Shown here: piece by piece, positions 1-10,580 of the stretch | How positions within the stretch are numbered: position 1 is the stretch's first letter | Layout: every line of letters begins with the position of its first letter | Origin: Alphaproteobacteria bacterium | GTDB lineage: Bacteria; Pseudomonadota; Alphaproteobacteria; Bin95 | Reading direction: 5' to 3' | Length of the DNA stretch: 64,000 nucleotides | Assembly: GCA_965205265.1 (NCBI GenBank) | Contig: CBDBGH010000003.1 | Coordinates: forward strand, 1,408,001 to 1,472,000 | The notes under the pieces: generated by a model | Told to the model about the DNA's origin: nothing | What the model saw: only the letters and a program-made list of their open reading frames with translations | Databases searched by the model: none | Program-made: the position numbers and the translations under genes

Positions 1-2
1 GC

Positions 3-140
3 GCCCGGCTCGAGGTGCTGACCGACGACCCGGCCTCGCCCATCGACATGCGCCATTTCTGCGCCACGGAAGGCCATGACATCGTGGAAGCCCAGGAAGC
101 GGACGCGCCCTACCGTTTCGTGATCGCCAGGGCCGGATAG
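3..140 (+). CDS. TusA/SirA-family sulfurtransferase, 3' part (truncated by window edge)
   Basis: Frame 3 reads ARLEVLTDDPASPIDMRHFCATEGHDIVEAQEADAPYRFVIARAG*, matching the LEVxxxDPxSxxD pattern of TusA. Confidence 0.75.
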   Translation, partial: ARLEVLTDDPASPIDMRHFCATEGHDIVEAQEADAPYRFVIARAG

Positions 141-250
141 GCCTCCGCCGGCGGAGACGCCGCGCGATGTGTCATGGGATGTCATGTTCTGCATGCGCCG
201 GGTTCATATGCTGTAGCCGGTTCCGACATGAAGCTGTCCGCCCCTTGACC

Positions 251-538
251 TCATCCACCTGCCCTCACCGTCGCTCCCGGACGCCCGCAGAGTTTCTCCC
301 GGCCACTCGTCCCGTCATGCCCGGACTTGTTCCGGGCATCTCCATCAGGCGCCATTGCGGCGGCGAAATTGGATGCCCGGAACAAGTCCGGGCATGACGA
401 AGGGGGGGCGTCCGGGCATGACGGCGGGGGTGCTGCGCTCATGTCCTCCGCATAGGCGGCGGCGAGGGCCGCGGCGGCCGGGGCCAGCTTTTCGGCCAGC
501 ATCGCCGCCAGTGCGGGTCGGGGGTCGGGTGCGGTCAT
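251..538 (-). CDS. Small hypothetical protein or pseudogene; C-terminal half runs through a REP-like element
   Basis: GGAGGAGGAG RBS before ATG at 538 (MTAPDPRPALAAMLAEKL...); after APPP the frame translates the repeat (SCPDLFRAS...RNKSGHDG). Confidence 0.4.
   Translation of the reverse strand: MTAPDPRPALAAMLAEKLAPAAAALAAAYAEDMSAAPPPSCPDAPPSSCPDLFRASNFAAAMAPDGDARNKSGHDGTSGREKLCGRPGATVRAGG
313..423. repeat. REP-like paired palindrome, copy 1, plus trailing half-site
   Basis: CGTCATGCCCGGACTTGTTCCGGGCATC (313-340) and its reverse complement GATGCCCGGAACAAGTCCGGGCATGACG (372-399); partial TCCGGGCATGACG to 423. Confidence 0.9.
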
Positions 539-769
539 CGTCTCTCCTCCTCCGATAGGGAGCGGGTCCCTTTTCCGCGCGTATCCCGCGCGGGCGCCTG
601 TGCCGGCGCGGGCGGGCGTTTCGCGGCGGCGCGGTTCGCGCGCCTGATTGCGCGCGCGAGGCGGCGGGCGCACGTCTCCCGTCGGCTTCCCAGGGGTTTT
701 CAGAAAGTGGCGCCGCTCGGCCGCGCGGCACCCGGGGAGGCGGCTCCGGAGTCCGCTTCCCTGGGAGCC

Positions 770-796
770 ATCATACCATACTCCGCCAGATGTCAA
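770..796 (-). promoter_or_regulatory. Candidate sigma70 promoter
   Basis: Minus strand TTGACA-N15-TATGAT with TG extension, next to an AT-rich tract (797-850); spacer is short. Confidence 0.4.
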
Positions 797-863
797 GACC
801 ATATAAGGAACAAAATTCAAAAATATCGGAAATTGTTCATTTCAAGCATTCTTCCGACAGCGC

Positions 864-2273
864 CTAAAGACGGGCGGCGGCCGACCGGATCGCCTCCCAG
901 GCCTGTTCGACATGGATGCGTCCGGTGCCGGTCTGTCCGATGGAGACGCGAATCGCATAGGCTCCGTTCACGCTGCCTTGCGTCAGGTAGATGCGCCCTT
1001 CGTCGTTGATCGCGTGCAGCAGCCGCTCGTTCAGCTCGTCAAGCGCCTCGTTCCCTTGAGGAGCGTAGCGGAAATTCAGCAATGCCAGAGACCTGGGGGC
1101 CATAAGCTCGAAATCCGGATGCGCCGTGATCTCGCCTTCGAGCCATTCCGCCAGCGCGATATGCCGCCGGACCAGGTCGCGCAGGCCGGCGAGGCCGTAG
1201 CTGCGCAGAACGAACCAGAGCTTGAGCGCGCGGAAGCGCCGGCCGAGCGGCACGCTCCAGTCCCGGTAGTCGATAACGGCGTCTCCCTCCCGGCTTTGCA
1301 GATAGGCGGGGAGGATCGCGAACGTGCGGATCAGCGCGTCCGGATCGCGAACGAAATGTGCCGAGCAATCGAAGTTGGTGAGCAGCCATTTGTGCGGATT
1401 GAAGACGAGGCTGTCCACGGCCTCGATGCCCTGCAGCATCCAGCGGTGCTCCTCGCAGATGAGCGCGCTGCCCGCCCACGCGGCATCGACATGGAGGAAG
1501 ATGTCATGCGCGCGGGCGACGGCGCCGATTTCGTCCAGCCGGTCGATGGCGCCGACGCCGGTCGTGCCGAGGCTCGCCACGATGCAGGCGGGCCTGAGGC
1601 CGGCCGCCCTGTCCGCGCGAATCGCCGCATCCAGCGCATTCGCCTTCATCGCGAAGTCGCCGCCGGTTTCGACCAGCTGGACATGGCGGCGCCCGTAGCC
1701 GGCGATCTTCGCGCCCTTCTCGGTGGCGGAATGGGCCTGGTCCGAGGTGTAAACCACGGGCGCAGCGCCGGCTTCGGCGAGGCCGTGCTTGTTAGCCGCG
1801 CCCCCGGTCGCGCGCTCGCGCGCCGTCAGGAGCGCGCACAATATGGCCGAGGAGGCCGAGTCCTGGATCGTGCCCGCAAAGCCTTCCGGCAGGCCGATGG
1901 CCTGCCTGAGCCAGTCCAGCATGCGGGTTTCCATCTCGGTGGCGGCGGGCGAGGTCTGCCACAGCATGCATTGCGCGCCGAGCGCCGCCGTCAGCATCTC
2001 CGCCAGCACCGAGGGCGGGCTCGAATTGGCCGGGAAATAGGCGAAGAAGCGCGGATGCTGCCAGTGGGTCATGCCCGGCATCACGATGCGCTCGAAATCC
2101 GCGAACACGGCGTCCATCGCCTCGCCCGCCTCGGGCGGCGCCGGGGGCAGGGCGGCGGCGATCTCGCCGGGACGGGTCTGCGCGCGGACGGGCAGGCGCT
2201 CCACCCCGGTCATGTAGTCGGCCATCCAGTCCACGAAGCGGTGGGCGTGGGCCCTGAATTCCTCAGGCGTCAC
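864..2273 (-). CDS. PLP-dependent aromatic-L-amino-acid decarboxylase (group II, DDC-like)
   Basis: MPGMTHWQHPRFFAYFP, SPAATEME, HVDAAWAG, NPHKW (PLP lysine), GRRFRALKLWF. Confidence 0.93.
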   Translation of the reverse strand: MTPEEFRAHAHRFVDWMADYMTGVERLPVRAQTRPGEIAAALPPAPPEAGEAMDAVFADFERIVMPGMTHWQHPRFFAYFPANSSPPSVLAEMLTAALGAQCMLWQTSPAATEMETRMLDWLRQAIGLPEGFAGTIQDSASSAILCALLTARERATGGAANKHGLAEAGAAPVVYTSDQAHSATEKGAKIAGYGRRHVQLVETGGDFAMKANALDAAIRADRAAGLRPACIVASLGTTGVGAIDRLDEIGAVARAHDIFLHVDAAWAGSALICEEHRWMLQGIEAVDSLVFNPHKWLLTNFDCSAHFVRDPDALIRTFAILPAYLQSREGDAVIDYRDWSVPLGRRFRALKLWFVLRSYGLAGLRDLVRRHIALAEWLEGEITAHPDFELMAPRSLALLNFRYAPQGNEALDELNERLLHAINDEGRIYLTQGSVNGAYAIRVSIGQTGTGRIHVEQAWEAIRSAAARL

Positions 2274-2359
2274 GGGGCCGGGCGCTCCGGCGCCATTGAT
2301 TCCGGGGGCAGCATCGGGGTTATAGTCTCCGGCAGCGAGATCGACCGGATGAGCATGGC

Positions 2360-3403
2360 ATGACGACAGTTTCTCCAGAAGTCCTCGACAGCCCGGCAGC
2401 CTGGCGCGGCCCGGAGATGTGCGCCGAGAGCGGCTAGGAGCTGCGCCTTTCCGACGCCGAGATCGGGGAAATCGACCGCGCGGTTGCGGCCATCGACCGG
2501 CCCCTGATCGAGGTGGACCGGGAGGCGTTCCCGCTGCCGACCCTGGGTCCGAAGCTCGTCCGTCTCAGGCAGGAACTGTTGCAGGGCAGGGGGTTCTTCC
2601 TGCTGCGCGGGCTGCCGGTGGGGCGCATGAGCCGGGAAGAGGCCGTGGCCGCCTTCTGGGGCATCGGCGCGCATTTCGGCAGCGCGCGCTCGCAGAACGC
2701 CAGGGGCCACCTGATGGGCCATGTCAAGGATGTGGGCCTGCACAGCAGCGATCCCAATGTCCGCGTTTACCAGACCCGCGAACGCCAGCTTTTCCACACC
2801 GATTCCGTGGATATCGTCGCGCTGATGTGCCTGCAGCCGGCCAAGGCGGGCGGCCTGAGTTCCATCGTGAGCTCCGTGGCCGTCCATAACGAGATGGCGC
2901 AGCGACGACCGGATCTTGCGGCCGAGCTCTACGAGCCGTTCATTGTCGACCGGCGCGGCGAGGTGCCGGAAGGCATGAAGCCCTGGTTCGCCCTGCCGGT
3001 GTTCAACCGGATCGGCGACGAGCTGACCACGATCTACACACGGCGCTACATCGAGTCCGCGCGCCGCTTCCCGGAGGTTCCGGCGCTGACGCCGAAACAG
3101 GTAGAAGCCCTCGACCTGTTCGACTCGCTCTGCAACAGCGACGACTTCCGGCTCGACATGGCCTTCGAGTCCGGCGACATGCAGTTCCTTTGCAACCACG
3201 TCATCCTGCACGACCGGACCGCCTTCGAGGATTGGCCGGAGCCGGAGCGCCGCCGCCACTTGTTGCGGCTCTGGCTGTGCCCGCCCGAGGGACGCAGGCT
3301 TCCGGACGCCTTCGCCGCCCGCTACGGCAGCACCCGGCCGGGCGACCGGGGCGGCATCGTGGTCAAGGACGCGGTGCCGGCGGTGCCTCTGGAGGCGGCG
3401 TAG
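2360..3403 (+). pseudogene. TauD/TfdA-family Fe(II)/2-oxoglutarate dioxygenase with in-frame TAG at codon 26
   Basis: HTD, ILHDRTAF and RHLLRLWL motifs; frame from ATG 2360 (MTTVSPEVLDSPAAWRGPEM...SG*ELRLSDAEIGEID) continues into the 2513-3403 ORF across TAG 2435-2437. Confidence 0.75.
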
Positions 3404-4039
3404 CCCGCGCCGAGGCGAGGAAGCGCTCCAGCGCGCCGTCCGGCAGGTCGCGCGGCAGCTCCGCCTCTGCCCCCAATGCGGCCTTGAGGCGGAGGCGATA
3501 GTCCGTGCGGCTGATTTCCACCGCGCCGAAGGTCGCCAGGTGGTGGGTGAAGAACTGCGTGTCCAGAAGGCGGTAGCCGCCGACTTTTAGGCGGGCCGCG
3601 AGGTGGACGAGCGCCACCTTGCTCGCGTCCCGGACCCGCGAGAACATGCTCTCCCCGAAGAAGGCGCCGTCGATGGCCACGCCGTAAAGGCCGCCCGCCA
3701 GCCGCCCCTCCAGCCGGCATTCCACGCTGTGCGCCGCCCCTTTCCGGTGGAGCTCCCGGTAGAGCCGCAGGATGTCGTCATTGATCCAGGTGTCGCCGTC
3801 ATCCGCGCGCGGCTCGGCGCAGGCCGCGATCACCGCGTCGAAATCGCCATCGACCGCAACCTCGAACCGGCCCTGGCGGACGGTGCGCGCAAGGCGCCGC
3901 GGCACATGGAAGCCGTCCAGCGGGATGACGCCGCGCCGGCGCGGGTCCAGCCAGTAGAGCGTGTCGGAGCTGCGCCCGTCCGCCATGGGGAAGAGCCCCA
4001 GCCGGTAGGCGGTCAGCAGCATTTCCGCCGAAATCCGCT

Positions 4040-4043
<4 letters not shown>
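3363..4043 (-). CDS. aat: Leucyl/phenylalanyl-tRNA--protein transferase
   Basis: LLTAYRLGLFPMA, TWIND, AHSVE, GGLYGV, FFGESMFS, DASKVAL; follows accC. Confidence 0.95.
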
Positions 4044-5380
<1,337 letters not shown>

Positions 5381-5384
5381 CGGC

Positions 5385-5834
5385 TCAGCCGAGAATCATC
5401 AGGGTCTCGCCATATTCGACCGGGTCGCCGCTGGAGACGAGAATCTGCCGGACGACGCCAGCGCAAGGGGCGGGAATCTGGTTATAGACCTTCATCGCCT
5501 CGATAATCAGCAGGATCTGGCCCGCCTCGACCCGGTCGCCGACCTGGACGAATGCCGGCTGCCCCGGTTCCGGCTGAAGATAGACGGTCCCCACGATGGG
5601 CGCCGCGACGGGCGTGCCGTCCGCTCCGCCGGAAGGCTGCTGCGGCGGCGCGAGCGCATCTGTCGGCACGGGCTGCTCCGGCGCCGCGGCGGCTTGCGGG
5701 GGCGGCGCGGCGGCGCGGGCCGAAATCCGGAGGCTGCGCTCGCCGTCGCGATATTCGATTTCCGCAACGCCCGTTTCCTCCAGCAATCCCGCCAGGCGGC
5801 GAACCGCGTCTTCGTCGATTGCAAAACGGCTCAT
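5385..5834 (-). CDS. accB: Biotin carboxyl carrier protein
   Basis: IIEAMKV biotinyl-lysine motif, Ala/Pro linker, between aroQ and accC. Confidence 0.96.
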   Translation of the reverse strand: MSRFAIDEDAVRRLAGLLEETGVAEIEYRDGERSLRISARAAAPPPQAAAAPEQPVPTDALAPPQQPSGGADGTPVAAPIVGTVYLQPEPGQPAFVQVGDRVEAGQILLIIEAMKVYNQIPAPCAGVVRQILVSSGDPVEYGETLMILG

Positions 5835-6292
5835 GGCACATTCCCGTCCGAGCGCCAGCGGTCTTCGAGCGCCAGCAGGGCCAGCCGGTAGCCGACCGGG
5901 CCGAAGCCCGCGATCATGCCAAGCGCCGCACCCGATATATAGGAACGATGCCGGAAGGCTTCACGCCGGTGAATGTTCGAAAGATGAACCTCGACCACCG
6001 GGCCCTCGAAGAGGGTGAGCGCATCGAGCAGCGCCACCGAGGTGTGGGTGTAGGCCGCCGCATTGATGACGATGGCGTCGAAATCCCCGCGCGCCTCCTG
6101 GATCCAGGTGACAAGCTCGCCCTCTTGGTTGCTCTGCCGGCAGACCGCCACCATGCCCAGCTCGCCCGCAGCTGCCTCGACGCCGGCGGAAATCTCGGCA
6201 AGCGTCGTGCGCCCGTAGATCTCGGGCTGGCGCTGGCCGAGCATGTTGAGGTTCGGCCCGTTCAGGACCAGCACGCGCTTCGCCATGCTCAT
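5831..6292 (-). CDS. aroQ: Type II 3-dehydroquinate dehydratase
   Basis: LNGPNLNMLGQRQPEIYG, QSNQEG, HTSVAL, EVHLSNIHRRE. Confidence 0.96.
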   Translation of the reverse strand: MSMAKRVLVLNGPNLNMLGQRQPEIYGRTTLAEISAGVEAAAGELGMVAVCRQSNQEGELVTWIQEARGDFDAIVINAAAYTHTSVALLDALTLFEGPVVEVHLSNIHRREAFRHRSYISGAALGMIAGFGPVGYRLALLALEDRWRSDGNVP

Positions 6293-6314
6293 CCTCGCTC
6301 GCTGCGGCGGCGCC

Positions 6315-7007
6315 TCAGAAGGATTCCGTCCACGGCCTGAGATCGACCTCATGCGCCCAGGCCGAGCGATGCTGGCGGTGGACGTGCAGATAGGTCTCCG
6401 CAATCGAGTCGGGAACCAGGAGGTGGTCTTCCGGCAGGCCGGGGTCGGGCGCGTGGTGCGGCCCCAGAATGCCGCCGTCTATGACAAAATGCGCAACATG
6501 GATGCCCTTCGGCCCGTAGTCGCGCGCCATGGACTGCGCCAGCGCGCGCAGGCCGAACTTGCCGACCGCGAAGCCCGCCGACATGGCATAGCCTTTGACC
6601 GAAGCCGTCGCCCCGGTGAAGAAGATGCTGCCGGAACCGCGCGGCAGCATGGCGCGGGCGGCCTCCCGGCCCACAATGAAGCCGCCGAGGCAGGCCTGCC
6701 GCCAGGCCTGTTCGAACGCCTCGGTCTCGATGTCCACGACGCTGGCGCGAACGCGGCCCGAAGCGTTGAAGACCACGATGTCCGGGTCCGGCGCCGCCGC
6801 GAACAGCGCCTTGACGCTCGCATCGTCCGTGGCGTCGCAGGCGTGAAGGCTCACGGCACCGCCCAGTTCGGCAGCGATCGGCTCCAGCTTCGCCGGCGTG
6901 CGCGCGGCCAGTGCAACCTTCATGCCGGCGCGAGAGAAAATGCGCCCAAGCGAAGCGCCGAGGCCGGGCCCCACCCCGACGACGATCGCGGTTTCCGTCC
7001 CGTTCAT
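6315..7007 (-). CDS. SDR-family oxidoreductase
   Basis: GVGPGLG, FTGATAS, FAVGKFGLRALAQSMAR, HVAHFVIDG. Confidence 0.9.
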   Translation of the reverse strand: MNGTETAIVVGVGPGLGASLGRIFSRAGMKVALAARTPAKLEPIAAELGGAVSLHACDATDDASVKALFAAAPDPDIVVFNASGRVRASVVDIETEAFEQAWRQACLGGFIVGREAARAMLPRGSGSIFFTGATASVKGYAMSAGFAVGKFGLRALAQSMARDYGPKGIHVAHFVIDGGILGPHHAPDPGLPEDHLLVPDSIAETYLHVHRQHRSAWAHEVDLRPWTESF

Positions 7008-7020
7008 ACTGGGAATGCTC

Positions 7021-10000
7021 CTATTCGGCGGCGGCTATCGTTTGTTTGCCGGGATTGCGCAGCGCTTCGAGATGCGCGTCGCGCTGCTTCTCCGCGGCTT
7101 CGAGATGGCGCAGCTTCACATGGCCGTAGCCCCGGATATGCTCCGGCACGCTCGCGAGCGCGACGGCGGCGGCGCATGTCTCCGGGGCGAAGCGGGCGAA
7201 GATTTCCTCCACATCGCCCTCATATTGCGCGATCAGCGCGCGCTCGCGGCGGCGCTCCTCCGTGCGCCCGAAGGGGTCGAAGGCCGTGCCGCGCAGGCCG
7301 CGCATCGCCGCCAGCAGCCGGAAGAGGTGCAGCATCCACGAGCCGAAGCGCATCTTGCGCGGTTCTCCGGTCACCGGGTCCTTCCGGGCGAAAAGCGGCG
7401 GGGCCAGGTTGAACTCCAGCCGGTAGCCGCCTTCGAACTGGCGCTCGATCTGCTTGCGCAGGTCCCCGGAGGCGTGAAGCCGGGCGACCTCGTATTCGTC
7501 CTTGTAGGCCAGCAGCTTGAAGTAATAGCGCGCGACCGCGTGGGAAAGCGGCCCGCCGCCCTCCACGCCCTCGGCCTTGCGCACCCGGTCCACCAGGGCC
7601 TTGTACCGCCCGGCATAGGCGGCGTTCTGGTAGCCGGTCAGGAACGCGGTCCTGCGGGCGACCATGTCGTCCAGGCTTTCGAGAACGGGACGCTCCTGCC
7701 TCGCGTCCGCTGGGTAGGCGATCCGCTCGACGAAAGCGAGGTCATGCGCCGCGCGCCGGCCCCAGTCGAACGCGGTCTTGTTCATCTCGACGGCGACGCC
7801 GTTGAGCTCGATGGCGCGCTCGATGGCTTCGGCGCCGACCGGGACCAGGCCCCTCTGATAGGCGAAGCCGGCCATGAACAGGTTGGCGCCGATGGCGTCG
7901 CCGAGCAGCGCCGTGGCGAGGCGCGTGGCGTCGATCATTTCCACGGCGTCGCCGCCGAGCGCCGCCTCGATCCGGGTCCGCAGTTCGTCCTCCGGGAAGG
8001 ACATGTCCGGATTGCGGGCGAACTCGTTGGTGTAGGTGCGGTAGGTGTTGATGACCGCCCGGCTGGTGCCCCGGCCCAGCCTCGAGAGCGTGTCGATCTG
8101 GCTGGAGGTCACGAGATCGCAGCCGATGAGCGCGCGTGCGCCGCCGAGCCCGATCCGGACGCTGTGCAGGTCCTCCGGATTGTCGGCGATCCGCAGGTGG
8201 CTCCAGACGGCGCCGCCTTTCTGCGCGAGCCCCGTCATGTCCATCACGGTGGCGGCCTTGCCTTCCAGATGCGCCGCCATGGCGAGCAGCGCGCCCACGG
8301 TGATGACGCCGGTGCCGCCGATGCCGTCGATCATGATGGAGTAGGGCTCGCCGGTTGCCGGAATGGCGGGCTCCGGCAGGACTTCCAGCGGCCCCGGCGC
8401 CCGGCCGGCGGGCTTGCCCTTGCGCGGCTCGGCGTCATAGACCGTGACGAAGCTCGGACAGAAGCCGTTCAGGCAGGAATAATCCTTGTTGCAGGCGGAC
8501 TGGTCGATCATCCGCTTGCGGCCGAACTCGGTCTCGACCGGGATGACGGAGACGCAATTCGACTTGACGCCGCAATCGCCGCAGCCTTCGCACACGGCCG
8601 GGTTGATGAACATGCGCTTCGGCGGGTTCGGGAAGGCGCCGCGCTTGCGCCGCCGGCGCTTCTCCGCCGCGCAGGTCTGCACATAGACGAGGCCCGAAAC
8701 GCCCTCGATCTCCCGGAGCTCGATCTGGACCCGGTTCAACTCCGAGCGGTGCCTGACCACCGTGCCCGGCGCAAGATCCCGCGCCTTTTCATAGGCTTCC
8801 GGCGTGTCGGTGACGAGATAGATCGGCTTCACGCCCTCCGCGGCAAGCTGCTGCGTTACCATTGCGGGCGACAGCGGACCGTCCACCGGCTGCCCGCCGG
8901 TCATGGCGACGGCGTCGTTGTAGAGCACCTTGTAGGTCATGTTGGCGCCCGACGCGACGGCGGCCCGCACCGCCAGAATGCCGGAATGGTAGTAGGTGCC
9001 GTCGCCGATATTCTGGAAGATGTGCGGCGTCTCGACGAAGTGGTGCAGCCCGGCCCAGGTCGCGCCTTCGGCGCCCATATGCGTGTAGGTGGCGGTCTTG
9101 TCCGGATCGACCCACTGCGCCATGAAATGGCAGCCGATGCCCGAGAACGCCCGCGACCCGTCCGGCAGCCGCGTGCCGGAGTTATGCGGGCAGCCCGAGC
9201 AGAAGGACGGTGTGCGCACGAGGCTCGGCTGGTTGCCGCCCGACTGGCGGGTCGCATTCCGAATCGTCTCCAGCCGGGACTCGAAGCGCGAGATGTCGGC
9301 CATCCGGCCGAGCCGGGAGAGAATGGCTTCGGCCACTTCTTCGGGCTGCAATTCCCCGTGGGTCCGCAGCAGTTCCCGCCCGTCCTCGTCGGTCTTGCCG
9401 ACAACGCGGGGCCGGCGGTCGGCCGGCGTGCTGTAAAGCAGGTCCTTGATCTGCGGCTCGATCAGCCCGCGCTTCTCTTCGACGACGACGACCTCTTCCA
9501 GCCCCTCGCAGAAGGCGCGCATGCCTTCCGGCTCTATCGGCCAGGAGAGCGCCACCTTGTAGACCGAGAGCCCGAGCTCGCGCGCGGTCGCATCGTCGAT
9601 GCCGAGCGCCGAGAGGGCCTGGCGCACATCCAGATAGGACTTGCCGGTCGTGACGATCCCGATCCGCCGGCCCGGCCCGCCGACCGTGACACGGTCCAGC
9701 CGGTTGGCGCGCACGAAGGCAACGGCCGCCGGCAGCTTGACATTGTGCAGGCGGGGCTCCTGCTCCAGCCACATGTCGGGCCAGCGGATATTGGGGCCGC
9801 CCTCCGGCATCTCGAAATCGGTCGGAAGGCGGATCTGCACCCGGTCCGGGTCGATATCGACGGTCGCCGTGGAATCGACCGTGTCCGTGACGCAGATGAA
9901 GCCCGCCCAAAGGCCCGCATAGCGCGACATGGCGAAGCCGTAGAGGCCGAAATCGAGGAATTCCTGCACGCCCGACGGATTCAGGATCGGCACCATGGCG

Positions 10001-10494
10001 TCGACAAAGGCGAACTCGCTCTGGTGCGCCGTCGTAGAACTCTTGGCGACATGGTCGTCGCCGGCGAGCGCAATGACGCCGCCATGGGCATGCGTGCCGA
10101 ACAGGTTGGCATGCTTCAGCGCGTCGCCGGTGCGGTCCACGCCCGGCCCCTTGCCGTACCAGATGCCGAACACGCCGTCATATTTGGCGTCGCCGAAGAA
10201 GCCGGACTGCTGGGTTCCCCAGACGGAGGTGGCGGCGAGGTCTTCGTTGACGCCGGCCTTGAAGACGATGCGGTGGTCCTGGAGATGCTTGCGCGCCGCC
10301 CACAGCTGCTGGTCGTAGCCTCCGAGGGGAGAGCCGCGGTAGCCCGAAATGAAGCCGGCGGTATTGAGGCCCGCCGCAAGGTCGCGGCGGCGCTGCACCA
10401 GAGGCAGCCGCACCAGAGCCTGGGCCCCGGTGAGCAGGACCCGTCCTTCGTCCAAGGTGTATTTGTCGTCGAGCTTGACTTGCGCAAGCGCCAT
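7021..10494 (-). CDS. Indolepyruvate ferredoxin oxidoreductase family protein (fused subunits)
   Basis: SGYRGSPLGG, FCSGCPHN, GDGTYYH, CEGCGDC, GIGGTGVIT, KLLAYKDEYEVARL. Confidence 0.93.
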   Translation of the reverse strand: MALAQVKLDDKYTLDEGRVLLTGAQALVRLPLVQRRRDLAAGLNTAGFISGYRGSPLGGYDQQLWAARKHLQDHRIVFKAGVNEDLAATSVWGTQQSGFFGDAKYDGVFGIWYGKGPGVDRTGDALKHANLFGTHAHGGVIALAGDDHVAKSSTTAHQSEFAFVDAMVPILNPSGVQEFLDFGLYGFAMSRYAGLWAGFICVTDTVDSTATVDIDPDRVQIRLPTDFEMPEGGPNIRWPDMWLEQEPRLHNVKLPAAVAFVRANRLDRVTVGGPGRRIGIVTTGKSYLDVRQALSALGIDDATARELGLSVYKVALSWPIEPEGMRAFCEGLEEVVVVEEKRGLIEPQIKDLLYSTPADRRPRVVGKTDEDGRELLRTHGELQPEEVAEAILSRLGRMADISRFESRLETIRNATRQSGGNQPSLVRTPSFCSGCPHNSGTRLPDGSRAFSGIGCHFMAQWVDPDKTATYTHMGAEGATWAGLHHFVETPHIFQNIGDGTYYHSGILAVRAAVASGANMTYKVLYNDAVAMTGGQPVDGPLSPAMVTQQLAAEGVKPIYLVTDTPEAYEKARDLAPGTVVRHRSELNRVQIELREIEGVSGLVYVQTCAAEKRRRRKRGAFPNPPKRMFINPAVCEGCGDCGVKSNCVSVIPVETEFGRKRMIDQSACNKDYSCLNGFCPSFVTVYDAEPRKGKPAGRAPGPLEVLPEPAIPATGEPYSIMIDGIGGTGVITVGALLAMAAHLEGKAATVMDMTGLAQKGGAVWSHLRIADNPEDLHSVRIGLGGARALIGCDLVTSSQIDTLSRLGRGTSRAVINTYRTYTNEFARNPDMSFPEDELRTRIEAALGGDAVEMIDATRLATALLGDAIGANLFMAGFAYQRGLVPVGAEAIERAIELNGVAVEMNKTAFDWGRRAAHDLAFVERIAYPADARQERPVLESLDDMVARRTAFLTGYQNAAYAGRYKALVDRVRKAEGVEGGGPLSHAVARYYFKLLAYKDEYEVARLHASGDLRKQIERQFEGGYRLEFNLAPPLFARKDPVTGEPRKMRFGSWMLHLFRLLAAMRGLRGTAFDPFGRTEERRRERALIAQYEGDVEEIFARFAPETCAAAVALASVPEHIRGYGHVKLRHLEAAEKQRDAHLEALRNPGKQTIAAAE

Positions 10495-10580
10495 ATCCGG
10501 GCTCCTGGGGCCAGGGCCCGACCTCGCGGGCCCACGCCCCGATTATCTACGATGAGACGGCGTTTCGTCCATGGGGCACC

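Noticed and set aside
2435-2437. Genome-wide amber recoding or pyrrolysine
   Set aside because: TAG is a normal stop in many genes here (e.g. 138-140, 3401-3403, 13863-13865); no pyl genes seen
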